A DNA stretch of 21,480 bases from Spirogloea muscicola. Its lineage: Eukaryota. The first letter of the stretch is position 1; each line of letters begins with the position of its first letter. The position numbers were made by a program, and so were the translations under genes. Below the pieces are notes generated by a model that worked only from the letters and a program-made list of their open reading frames with translations, did not search any database and was not told the origin of the DNA. Location of the stretch: the NCBI GenBank assembly GCA_009602725.1, contig WELB01000008.1, forward strand, positions 1,292,720 through 1,314,199, in the 5' to 3' direction. Shown in pieces: positions 1-9,991 of this stretch.

Positions 1-4
1 GAAC

Positions 5-1139
5 CTGCAGCATACTAAAGACCGCTCCACGCACAACCTCCATCATAGGCCGGACATTGGCGTCAGCAGGAGAGAGCAGCTTCCGGCCACCTTGGCGCCC
101 ACCCATAACCTGCACATGAGCTGCCACAGTGTGAGCAATTTTGTGCTGAGTACAGCTGTGCAATTTCTACATAGTGTTATACATGACTTCTGGCCTTGTC
201 ATATATAACGTAAGCATGCAGCAAAGGATGAGCAACCGCATGCCCAATTGTAGCAAAGAAGTAAAGCTTGGTCACCCTCAGTTGCCGATGCGTGGAACGC
301 AGTGGGGGCGCTTCACCCCTGAGGTCAGACGCGCTCTTGCTCTCTGCCTCCTTTTCGAGCTGCTTGCGGATTTTGAGTGGGATGTGTAGGCCTGTGCCGA
401 TTGTCTTCTGTCAAGAAGGTCAGACGTGGCATGCAAGGAAAGGTTCTCAGCTTCCAGGAGCATTGTGCTATGCAAGAGGCTTCTGCTTCAAGTAAGACCC
501 ACCAGACACCGTCACTACACACTATACGCAGGAGCATCACCTGTAAGGACTACAGAAAATGCGGACCTCCTGCCACCGAGCGAGAGAAGAAATGAGGAAA
601 CAGTGCACACCTCCCTCGAGGTCAGTGTGGCGGGGTCCACCAGCCACCCGCGCTCCAGAGTGTACACATCCTCCTCGCCTTCCTTCTCTGCGTCAGCGGC
701 TGCTAGTCGACCTCCAGCCCCTCGCCTCGGCTCACCTGTCGGCCCTTCCTCTCCCTCCTGCTTCCTGGGGCCTCTGCGCGGCCTCGTGCCGCTGCCGGCC
801 TTCCTCACTGCTGCATGGCAGCGTGCATGGCCTCAGACGACGACCCCTCCCGACGATATGGGCCGCACCCACAAGAAGGCGAGGCGAAAGAGAAGGCGGC
901 AAACGTGCACCGCGACGAAGTGCCGGCCAGAGACTCGGTTGTCAATGACCTGCACGGCGAAGGATGCCCCCATGCCTCGCACACCGAACACCGACGGGAG
1001 CGGGAGGCGCAGCCACGCTCCACCGCGCTGGCCGGCCACTGGGGCCTTGCCGCTTGACGAGGTGCGTTAATCGGCCCTCGGGCTCCAGCAGCGCCCCTGC
1101 CGTCTCACCGAGCGCGGCCCCAGCCAGCACTCCGTGCAT
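5..1139 (-). CDS. RSMD: RsmD/YhhF-like plastid 16S rRNA m2G methyltransferase, 5' part (continues beyond left edge). Exons 1139-950, 810-611, 407-276, 109-5
   Basis: Splicing at GT/AG sites with consistent phases gives MHGVLAGAALG...ILRRA / AVRKAGSG...VDPATLTSRE / KTIGTGLHIPLKIRKQLEK...PPLRSTHRQLR / VMGGRQGGRKLLSPADANVRPMMEVVRGAVFSMLQ. The last part matches the plant RsmD N-terminal motif as I recall it (THRLLQVLGG...KLLSP..DVRPMMEVVKGAAF.ILQ). Exon 1 resembles a transit peptide; its start codon is less certain. Confidence 0.85.
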
Positions 1140-1682
1140 GGCAGGTGGCCCACGCGACGCCACCAGCCAGTCAGCCGTGTCTTGAGCGGAGGAGGGCCCT
1201 GCAGGCGTCCCGCAGATGGCACAGCGGGCACACGCCACGCCCACTGTGCCGCCTGACGCCGCAATCCTTCACAGCCTTTCGCTGTGGCAGTGGCGTCGGA
1301 GGCGAGGCCCGTGCGCTGCCAGAAGATGCACCAACGGGCGCTACGTCTGTCGCCGCCGCTCTCGCCTGGAGGCTGGCGGCTGTCCTGGCGGCGGGCGGGC
1401 GCGAGACCGAGGGTGGGGGGCGGCGTGGCGGGGCGGACTGGCACCGTCGCTGCGCAGCGGGCGAGGATCGGCTGCTGCGCAAGCTCAGCTGGGCCGGCTG
1501 GGAGAATGGCGGGGGTGGGGTTTAAGGCTTTCAAGGGGTTTGAGGGTTCAAGGTGGGGTTTAAGGCCACACCTGAACTCCTTGAGGCGACGCCCGCCAGC
1601 TCGAGGCCCGCTTGCCGCGCTCGCGCGCCTCCTCTGGCTGCGCCCCCGGGACGAGGCTGCGCTTGTCGCGCCAGCCGCAGCC
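1140..1682. promoter_or_regulatory. Putative bidirectional GC-rich promoter/5'UTR region between RSMD and SK
   Basis: About 540 bp separate two divergent predicted start codons. The region is very GC/CpG-rich and contains a telomere-like tract at 1515-1566. Confidence 0.55.
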
Positions 1683-4521
1683 ATGGCCGCGCTCTCCCTC
1701 CTCGGAGCCGCCTGCTGTGCGCCGCCGCACGAGCTCCGACGCTGTCCCGCCGCGGATGGCCTTGCAAGTGCCGCAGCAGAGGTGCCACCACCCCAGCACC
1801 GGCCGTCGAGCTCTCTTGTGAGGAGCCCCGTGCGCCGGAACGCCCCACGGCCTTTCCGCAGGCGGCGGCAGCAGCGACGGGACGGCTGCTTTGGTACGTA
1901 CTGTGGACGGTCGAGAGGATCTGCACAGGCCCGTCTTGTCTACTAGCACCTGGTCCGAGCTTCCGTGCACGGAAAAGAGTTGCCCAGCGGTCGAGAGGAA
2001 CTTGGAGTATCATTTCCTCTCTCTGTGCGCTTGGCAGTCGTTGCAAAGAACCAGCAGGCGTACACGCTTTCAGAGGAGGAGACTTCAGCGTTACAGGTAA
2101 CAACCTCGCTCATTGCTCCAAACTGAGGTCCTGCGCGAGCCTGACGTCCAGCAGTTCTCTCTCGCATTGTCTTCTGATCTGGGACTTTTCAAATCTTCCA
2201 TGTTAGTCCACCAGTCTCTCAACATACAGAATGCTGCTTACTGAGAAATTCACCCACTCTACAAGTCACAGGAGTGCTTTTTGAACTGGAAGTTTACACT
2301 GGTCTGGTCATTGACTGTTTCGCTACTAGCATTCCAATTTTAGAGTTGATCTGCGATGTAGAGGTCCACGTCATACTGTATGTCTTGGTGCTGTTGCAGA
2401 GGAAGGCAGCGGAAGTTGTGGATGACTTGAGGGGAACCAGCATCTTCCTTGTTGGTCAGTGACGTGATGAGCCCACTGATGAGCCCACTGAGCTGCAGTC
2501 ACTAAGCCCACACAATGTGGGCTTATTGGCTGCAGCTCACTCGCACGACGTGGTTTTACAAGCACTGCTAGACTAACGTCTTTAGTGTGTGCGGATTTTG
2601 GCACTCAGACAGCCTGTGTGCAGGTGGAGGCATGTCTGTGGTCGAAGAAATATAGCTTTTGTGACTTTGTTCATTTCATTTGGGCTAATGCAGGCATGAT
2701 GGGCAGCGGTAAGACCACTGTTGGAAGAATCCTTGCGGACGCTCTACATTACTCCTTTCTTGACTGGTACTAGCCAAGCCCGCAACCACGAGCAAAGCAG
2801 CAGCATAGTGCAACTACTTCAAATGTGATGGCTGCCTAACAGCCATAATAGTCCGTGGCCCTGCTTGTACTCAAGAGTTCGTAACAGGACAAGCAAAAGG
2901 TTCTTGTCCGTAGCTGCGGGCACACAAGCCATGGCTTGTGGACCCAGCTTTGACATAGATGGATCCATCCTGTCACTACAATCATCAAGGTCTCACATCA
3001 AATCTGATATAATATCAGTGACCAGGTGGTAGAACAAGTAGCAGGTGGAGCATCTGTTGCTGAGATCTTTGCTGAGTGTGGAGAGGAGGTCTTTCGACAG
3101 CTTGAGGTCCTTACTGCCACCCATTACCTCACACATCTGGCGCTTGCAATCTTGCAAGCTATATATCTTGCTCATAGAGCTTGCAAGCTTCATAAGCACC
3201 CCGGTGGGGTGAAACAGCAATGACCGAGGTTGAGCTTCATCCCAATACGTGTACAAGCAGCAGGTCGCCATGTGTAATATCTGAAGTATGCTGAACTTTA
3301 TTGTTGTTACAAGAAAATCAGCAGGCTCACTTCATATGCTTATTGCTGGCCTTCCACAGCCGTGCCACTGTTCATGTCTGTGCAGAGCAAAGTGATTGCA
3401 GAGCTTTCGTCGAACGGCCGGCTTGTGGTTGCAACTGGTGGTGGTGCAGTGACGCGCCCAACCAACTGGTCAGTATCAGCAAGAGATCAGAAGTATCAGC
3501 AAGCAAGCCAATGATCGCCGCAACTGCTTAGAAGGCTCTAAGCTCTACTTGACTTGTAATCAGGAGAGTGCATCTTTGTCATGCTTGTTTACACTGGCGT
3601 CATTCTCGCGGATTCGGATATGCACAACTCAACAGGAAGCAGTTGCGCTTGCAGGTCAAAAATGAGAGACCATGTCACAGTATGGCTCGATGTTCCTGTA
3701 GGTGCTCTTGCTGATCGCCTGCTATCTGCTGGGACCAAGTCACGGCCATTACTGAACCGTGGAGAAACAACAGAAGTTGAAGAGCACTCTAAGGTGCGTG
3801 GCCTTCTGCGATTGCAGGCTAGGCCCCTCGAGGACTCACTTCAGAGCCTTTGTCACAAGAGCTTACTCTTGTGGGTCCTACTAATTCGCTATTGCCTATC
3901 CATATTGCTGCAGTTATTGCAAAGATTGAACCAGCTCCTGGGTGATCGCCGCGATATGTACGCACAAGCAGATGCCACACTCAGATTGGAGGGTAGGGTC
4001 GCTCTCCTGGTCATGAGCTTCAATCTACATCCATTCTCTCTCTAATAATAGCGGAGCATCTGATGGTCATCACACTCAGCAAGCATCATTTCTTTAGTGG
4101 AGTTGCTCCTCATGCCCAAGAGATCCCAATGGCAGAAGCTTCACAAAGGTGGAGCAAGGAGCATGTGCCATGCTTCTAAATGGTACTCACAAGCAAAATC
4201 TGCTGCAGACTTGGCAACCTCGCTGGGTTTGGAAAGCTTGTCTTCTGTCTCTTCTGGAGCAGTGGCATTGGAGGTATTTTGAATAACCTCTGACAAGTTC
4301 GACAACCAAGACAGCTTTCCTGATTAATTTCTGTTCCCTGTTACTTTCCTCTTTTCATACCGTTATATAGCAAATGGGTGCTCATCCTTTGCCGTGTTAC
4401 ATCTTATTGATCAGATCAAATGACCTCCTGACATTAGCTCCTATTGTGGCAGGCATTAGAGAAAGTGAATGCCCTCATCAACTCCAAGAAGTACGAAAGA
4501 CGAGGCACCACCAACATGTAG
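1683..4521 (+). CDS. SK: Plastid shikimate kinase, about 306 aa. Exons 1683-1893, 2038-2096, 2400-2454, 2694-2766, 3019-3106, 3386-3468, 3655-3793, 3914-3992, 4209-4273, 4453-4521
   Basis: All nine introns are GT-AG and the phases join into one 921-nt frame. Motifs: SIFLVGMMGSGKTTVG (Walker A), FLDCD, EIFAECGEEVFRQLE, VVATGGGAV, VWLDVP, SRPLL, RRDMYAQAD. The N-terminus is Ala/Ser/Arg-rich like a transit peptide. In-frame upstream ATGs exist at 1506 and 1326. Confidence 0.95.
2489..2539. repeat. 24-bp inverted repeat (hairpin) in SK intron 3
   Basis: tgagctgcagtcactaagcccaca-caa-tgtgggcttattggctgcagctca: 22 Watson-Crick pairs, 1 G-U pair, 1 mismatch, 3-nt loop. Confidence 0.9.
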
Positions 4522-4986
4522 ATCTCACTGTTGCCTACCTTACTTAGTCTCCTGAGATCAGGCAATCCCCCAGGCTAAGGAGCAATGGAAGGAGCATTTG
4601 AAGCTTGGCCCATTGTTTCGCCTGCCTCTGATAGCCTGGACAGCAGCAGTTGCTGGACAAGCTGGCCTCTTCTTATCCTGTCAAGCATTGTACGCCGGGT
4701 GTTTGGCGGCGGCACGGGCGCCTGCCATGGAGGCTGAAGGCGGGAGTGATTGTGTTGAGGATGTTGCATGTAGGTGATTCAGCAGTTTGGGCCGGGAAAC
4801 CATTCTGCCGGAGTATGTGAATCAGCCGATGGGCTGGATAACCATCTGACTCAGCCTTGTGGGCAATGGGAGCGCTCCCTGTAAAGAGGGGTGCCCTGGC
4901 ACATCGGGCTTCGTTCTTAAAAATGAATTGAGGCGATCACGCTGCTGCTCCCGACGTCCTAGCTATAGCAGCCACCCACAAAGTGA

Positions 4987-5142
4987 GGGCGGAGTCTGTG
5001 CTGTCTGTGTGACCGTGTGGCTGATCTCTAGTCGAGAGCGGAGCCTGTGCTGTCCTTTGTGACTGTGACTGTGTGGCTGTGTGGCTTTGTGGCTGATTAG
5101 GGCGGAGCCTCAGCTGTCGGTGGGTCTAAGTGTCTGATCTCT
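4987..5142. repeat. Degenerate three-unit tandem minisatellite (about 50-64 bp units)
   Basis: Units start gggcggagtctgtgctgtc (4987), gagcggagcctgtgctgtc (5036) and gggcggagcctcagctgtc (5100). Each is followed by a GT-rich tract ending in ctgat. Confidence 0.75.
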
Positions 5143-5721
5143 GTGTGCCACCATGAGCAGATCTGCATCTGGACTGCTGAGACGAGGGTGGTCTGCTGGT
5201 CCTCATGAGAAATGCACAAGCCCACTTGAGTAACTTCACAGCTCCCTTACCCAAGCTCCCGTTTAGAGAGCTGGGGGCTGTGAAAAGCTTGAAGCCAGAC
5301 ACAGCCCTTGCTTGCATTAGCAGAGCTATTCCTCTGAATGGGAAAGAGAAGAAGAGTGCTCTCTTATGGAAAGGTAAATTTCGTGTATTTGAAACAAACG
5401 AAGGCCAAAGGCCAAGTACAAAGGCAAGCACATCTAAAGGCCTACATAATCTACAGCAAAGTGACCCGCTCAGTAACCACGGGTCAAAACATAAAGATCG
5501 CTAATCGATGCCTGAATACTAGATGTCAGATACGAAGCCCTTCTGCCACCAACTAGAGCTCGGCCAGCTTTCTGGTGCAAGGCATTAGCCTGAGCACGCT
5601 GCAAACAGGCCGAAGCACGTCGTTGCAAGAAAGACAGATATGCAGCTGGCAAGCCCAACTCAACCGGAAACACATCTGCACGACGTGTGTAGCCTAGATT
5701 GGCAATGTTTTGGAGGAGGGT

Positions 5722-5810
5722 GAAAGGAGGGGCTGGAAAGGCAGCCCAAAATGAATGGGACAAGGTCCAAAGAGCCGGAAGGCGCCTAAAACCACACAGC
5801 TAGATACGAC
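5722..5810 (-). repeat. Dispersed intergenic element, copy 1 (partial; strand is relative to copies 2, 5 and 6)
   Basis: ggggctggaaaggcagcccaaaatgaatgggacaaggtccaaagagcc...acacagctaga is collinear with 9557-9642 (shared tccaaagagcc and acacagctaga). Confidence 0.75.
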
Positions 5811-5994
5811 ACTACCGCAGATGGAGGCTTACATAACCACGGAAATGGACGTGTAGGCGGAAGGCGGGGCCGGGGGGCCGGATTTTGGGGCGTTTGGCCT
5901 CGACGCAATCTGAGGCAGGGCCCGCTGCGTCACGTGGGCAGCTGCCAATCCCGGCCGCCCGCCACGTCGGCTGCGCCAAACCCCCACGAGGCGC

Positions 5995-6185
5995 CGTCGC
6001 CAACAAATGAGCTTTTCCAAGAAGGCGCGCGGTGCGCATGAGATTGAGAGGGTGGCCAATTCAAGCCCAAGGAAGGAGCTTCTTCCTTGTAGCTGCTAAT
6101 CGCTTGTAGGCCCCTCCCAAACCTTTGTCAATTCTTTTTGGGCTGGCTTTTCGCAGCCCTTGCCCCCACTGGGAGTGCCACTTCA
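5995..6185 (+). repeat. Dispersed intergenic element, copy 2
   Basis: gaaggcgcgcggtgcgcatgagattgagagggtggccaattcaagcc (6021-6067) resembles 20511-20556. ttgtcaattctttttgggctggcttttcgcagccc resembles 21232-21266. Confidence 0.8.
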
Positions 6186-6496
6186 TTCCAACGCAAATCC
6201 GCGCCGGCTGCGGAGTTTCCTTCGAGGGGCTTGCAGCTGCAGTGGCAGTCCGCACTAGGGGCGACCTCCGCTCCCACGCCTCGCCGGGCTCCTCGCTCCC
6301 GGCGCCGCGGAGGAGCTGCGGGCACGCCCAAGGGCGTCGATGCTCTCCCCGCCCCGCTTGCGCCCGCGCGCCTGCCTACTGTGGCGCTGCGCTCGTTCTC
6401 TGTCGCACTGCCGGACTTCCCTGCCTTGGCACTCTGTTGCCTCATTAGTACCTCTTGGGCAGACCGCGCAATTGGCACGCTTTGACAGCTCCCACC

Positions 6497-8674
6497 ATGT
6501 TCGCCGTCATCTCAAATGTGTGTGTGCAACCGCCGCCTGCTATGGACAAAAAGGGCGCGGGAGCTGATGACATTCACTTTGGGTATACCTCGAGTCTGAT
6601 TGACCTCACCTGTGGCATACTCTGATGCATATCTGTGCTTCTGATGGCATAGGAGTCACAAAATGCTGATACCTCAAACGAGCATTTGCTGTTGTTCTGT
6701 GCATTACTGCACGAGAACACATTGTTGGAATCTGTTGCAAACTTCACATGCAGGCTGGGCTTTGATGGTGATGAAGTAGTACGGGACACCATGAAAAGAA
6801 TGAGGATGTGCCTTCCTGATCACATGCACAAGCAGGTGTGACATTCGTAAGCAGCAATGCTGGTGCTATCATTGATACTGGTTGCATGGTGGTGGTCAAC
6901 CACCACCAATCTACCCTGCTGTAGAGTCTGGGTTGATGTCCTGAGGTGACTGCGTTATGTTCAGGTTGTAGACCTCATGGCTGGAGGAGCTGCTGTTGCC
7001 TATGATGGACTTGACAAGAGCGTAAGTTACGCAGAGTGCACCAATTCGCTGTACGTCCAACTTAGCCCCTTCATCTGCACTGCCTATACTAAGTCACTGC
7101 TCAACTAAATTCTTGTATTGAATGAGTATGTCTTTCTAGGCACCATGAGAAGCTGAAAGTATGTTACTGTATAAGTACGGGTTCTACGCTGGCATGCACA
7201 GGGCTCACATGCGTTTGAACTCCAGACATGCCTTCATGAGAGAATTACGTGATGGTGCAGGGATGGGCAGAAAGCATTCCTTGTCATGTTCGGGAGAATA
7301 GACAATGACGAAGAGATGAGAGACCTGTACGGCCTCCTACCAGCTAGTCTTCAAGCAACTGATACTTTCAGCACATTCACCTCTACGAGCGCTCAGCTCC
7401 TCCTGGCTTTGTACTGCAAGGTCAGATGCGCTGCCTAGGTATGATATTTGTTCGAGAAGCATCTGCTCTGAACAAGACACTGCACTGCAATGGCATTAAG
7501 CAACTCGTACTTCAGCCCTTGCAGGTCTGTCTCAGTAATGAATCTCACTTTGCATTGCAGGGCTTTGTTGATGCATATGGTGATCAAAGTGCTCAGCCAC
7601 AGACTTGTCTTGATGCAATCAGGGCAAGTATTCGTTACAAATGTCTACAAGCAACTGTTATGGCTGACTAAGGCTCTTTCCCAAGTGTGGCAGTCAATTC
7701 CCAAGGCACAACATGCTGCATTTCGTCATCTAAGGGGTCCAAATGCAGAAATTACGCAAGTTCATCTGAATGTGAGATGCAATGGTCTCACCACCATGGT
7801 CAATATGATTTGCTGGGGCAGGGCCAATACTCGTTCATTGTTTATGATGCATCCTGCAACTACGTACTCGCTGCCAGGTCAGCCGGAGCACCCCTTTTCT
7901 GGGGCTGCTCCCCAATGGGTAAGTTCTAAGCTTGGCCAACTCGGGGACCTGATTCACTTCGGTGACCAGCCAAAAGTACATTGGATCTGGGTGTCTGGTT
8001 GCAAGATGGAAAAGGGAACTGATCACCAGCGCTCCTGAGCTGGGTATTACGACGTTCAGTTGTCATGTTCAGGGACCTCAGTAGCCAAGTGGCAGCCTAT
8101 CAAGTGGCTGGGTTGTGCTTGCAGGAGCTCTGTTGTTGTCGTCAAATTTGCGTATCCTCTCCGAGGAGTGCACGTCAGGACCAGGAGCTGCGTCAGAGTT
8201 TCCTGCGGGATCTTATTTTGAAGGAGATAGCACTTCTGAAGATGGCCATGTCAGAAGGTATGCTGATTCTTTGCCGACATGCAGACCTCTACATAGTTCA
8301 GGTTGTTGACTGGCCGGCACAAAACATGACAAGCTTACCTATTTTGCTGCAGTTATGTGAAGCATGGTCAGCCAATGAAGGGTGTGAATCGTATCAACAG
8401 CCATGGCCAGCTTTGTGGCACCCTCTTCCGGGCAAGCAGGTAAATATGGTGTATCACAAGATGTGCATTGCAATGCAATTATGCCGAGTGCAATAATAGA
8501 AGATGTTAGATTGTTGGACTTGAATCTGGACTTGGGAGTGCATCCAAGCATGCACTTAAGCAACTGGTGTAGGACTTAAGTTTGGCTTACAGATGCCTCA
8601 TTGGCTGCTGCAGTACTGGAGACATGGAGGACATGATACGGATAAGCACTCAAGGCAACATTACCGCCAACTGA
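6497..8674 (+). CDS. Wali7/TSJT1-like (DUF3700, aluminium-induced, Ntn-hydrolase fold) protein, about 284 aa. Exons 6497-6582, 6754-6835, 6965-7050, 7261-7420, 7561-7623, 7822-7918, 8125-8257, 8353-8439, 8614-8674
   Basis: An 855-nt spliced frame: MFAVISNVCVQPP..., AFLVMFGRIDNDEEMRDLYGL, LLLALY, GQYSFIVYD, APLFWG, EFPAGSYF, VNRINSHGQLCGTLFR. These parallel the plant family motifs MLAVF, F.G.L.N...L..QYGL, G.FAFV.FD, PL.WG, FP.GC, and PRVDS.G..CGA.FK. One intron has a GC donor. Confidence 0.88.
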
Positions 8675-8816
8675 ATGAGCAATTGGCCAGAGTTGTATGC
8701 AGCAATCGGAGAGAGGGAATGTTTGGATCGCCTTGCAGTGCAAAGCTCTTGTAAATATGTCAACGATGATAGCCTTCGATTAAGAAATGCTAATGAACTA
8801 CTTGCTAGGCAGTGCT

Positions 8817-8929
8817 AGCTGGCAGGTATTGCCAGCATCGCCAGTATTGCCAGCATAGTCAAGCACTCCACTTTTGCCACTAATACCAGTAAAGCTGGCA
8901 GAATCCAATGTGCTAGTATCCTGCCAGCT
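8817..8929. repeat. Short element with imperfect terminal inverted repeats and internal tgccag/ctggca motifs
   Basis: agctggcagg at the left end is the exact reverse complement of cctgccagct at the right end. gtattgccagcat is repeated internally. Confidence 0.55.
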
Positions 8930-9526
8930 CGGTGGGGAACCTGTCGGAATGAATCTTGCAGATATCTCAACAAGCTTATACATGGCAAGAGCAAGAGTCA
9001 AGCTCAGTGTGCAACTATACTTACTACTTGCGGCCTGGACTGTATTCATGCTACTATTCTAGCTGTATGTGATAGTGGCGCCATTCGTCCATAGGTTGCA
9101 ACAGCCATGCAATTAGGTGCTGCAGTATTTACTATGGCATGTGTGGTCTGCTTTTGCATGTAGCATGCACATACTTTGCGAGGCACTCGGTGCCCTGCCA
9201 TATCAATGGCCCTGCAGCATGTACATGTTGTCCGCTCGCATGCTGCCTCATTACTAATTTTTAACTGCAGCAATAGGGTAGTGAATTACTGTTGTCTACA
9301 TCTTCACTCAACGTACTCTCACCTCTGAGCTGCATCTAGTGATTTGACCTGTAGGTTGATGAATATACATTGTGGCTGGGCTGCTAAGACACTGGGGTAT
9401 GTTGGCAATACTGTGCCTGATTACGATGCAACTGCTTCAAGGGTTGCAACCTTGCAGACCTGTACTTCTTTGGATCCATAATTGTTGCTCAGAGCTGAGC
9501 GGAGAGGGCATCTGGCGAGGCTCACA

Positions 9527-9772
9527 AGAAAGAAAAGTGCGCGCCCATAGAGAAGAGGGGGGCTGACAGAGGCCAGCCCCAAAAGAATGGACAAAATCCA
9601 AAGAGCCAAAATGATGCCGAAAACAAAAATGACACAGCTAGACACAAGACGGTCCAAGACGCGGTCTGGCAACACAAGATTGGCCCCATAAACGTGACCG
9701 CCAACGGTCGCCGTTATCCGGTAGTAGCGCGCACAGAGGTCCTTCGGCCGTAGAATTTGCTGTTGGCGACGT
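9527..9772 (-). repeat. Dispersed intergenic element, copy 3, immediately upstream of NOT3
   Basis: 9542-9560 cgcccatagagaagagggg is the exact reverse complement of 21264-21282, and similarity extends over about 90 bp. The distal tgttggcgacg is the reverse complement of cgtcgccaaca in copy 2. Confidence 0.85.
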
Positions 9773-9991
9773 CTCAACTGCAGGGACAGGACAAGTAGCG
9801 CCGTCACCCAAAGCCGCGGCCTCGATCTGCGCCTCCGCACCGGCCTGCCTACTAGCGCGTGGAAGGGAGACGGCAGCGGCGCTCCTCCATCCGGCTGCGG
9901 CTGCGGCTGCGTCTGCCTTTCGTGGAGCTGCTCAAGATCAAGAAAGGCTGTAACACACTTGCCTGCGTCTGTCGAGCAGCCCGCCTGCTCG

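Noticed and set aside
541..569. Possible 29-nt extra exon in RSMD (minus strand, CAG...GTGATG)
   Set aside because: It breaks the reading frame and would leave a 41-nt upstream intron.
426..2206. Long overlapping ORFs of 190-220 aa in the GC island
   Set aside because: They reflect stop-codon scarcity in GC-rich DNA. Only the parts matching the RSMD and SK exons are supported.
2458..2503. C/D box snoRNA (GTGATGA...CTGA with agtgac/gtcact ends)
   Set aside because: The C-to-D span is only about 28 nt, and the motifs arise from a 12-bp tandem duplication.
4987..5118. CRISPR-like repeat-spacer array
   Set aside because: The context is eukaryotic, the repeats are degenerate, the spacers resemble each other, and there are no cas genes.
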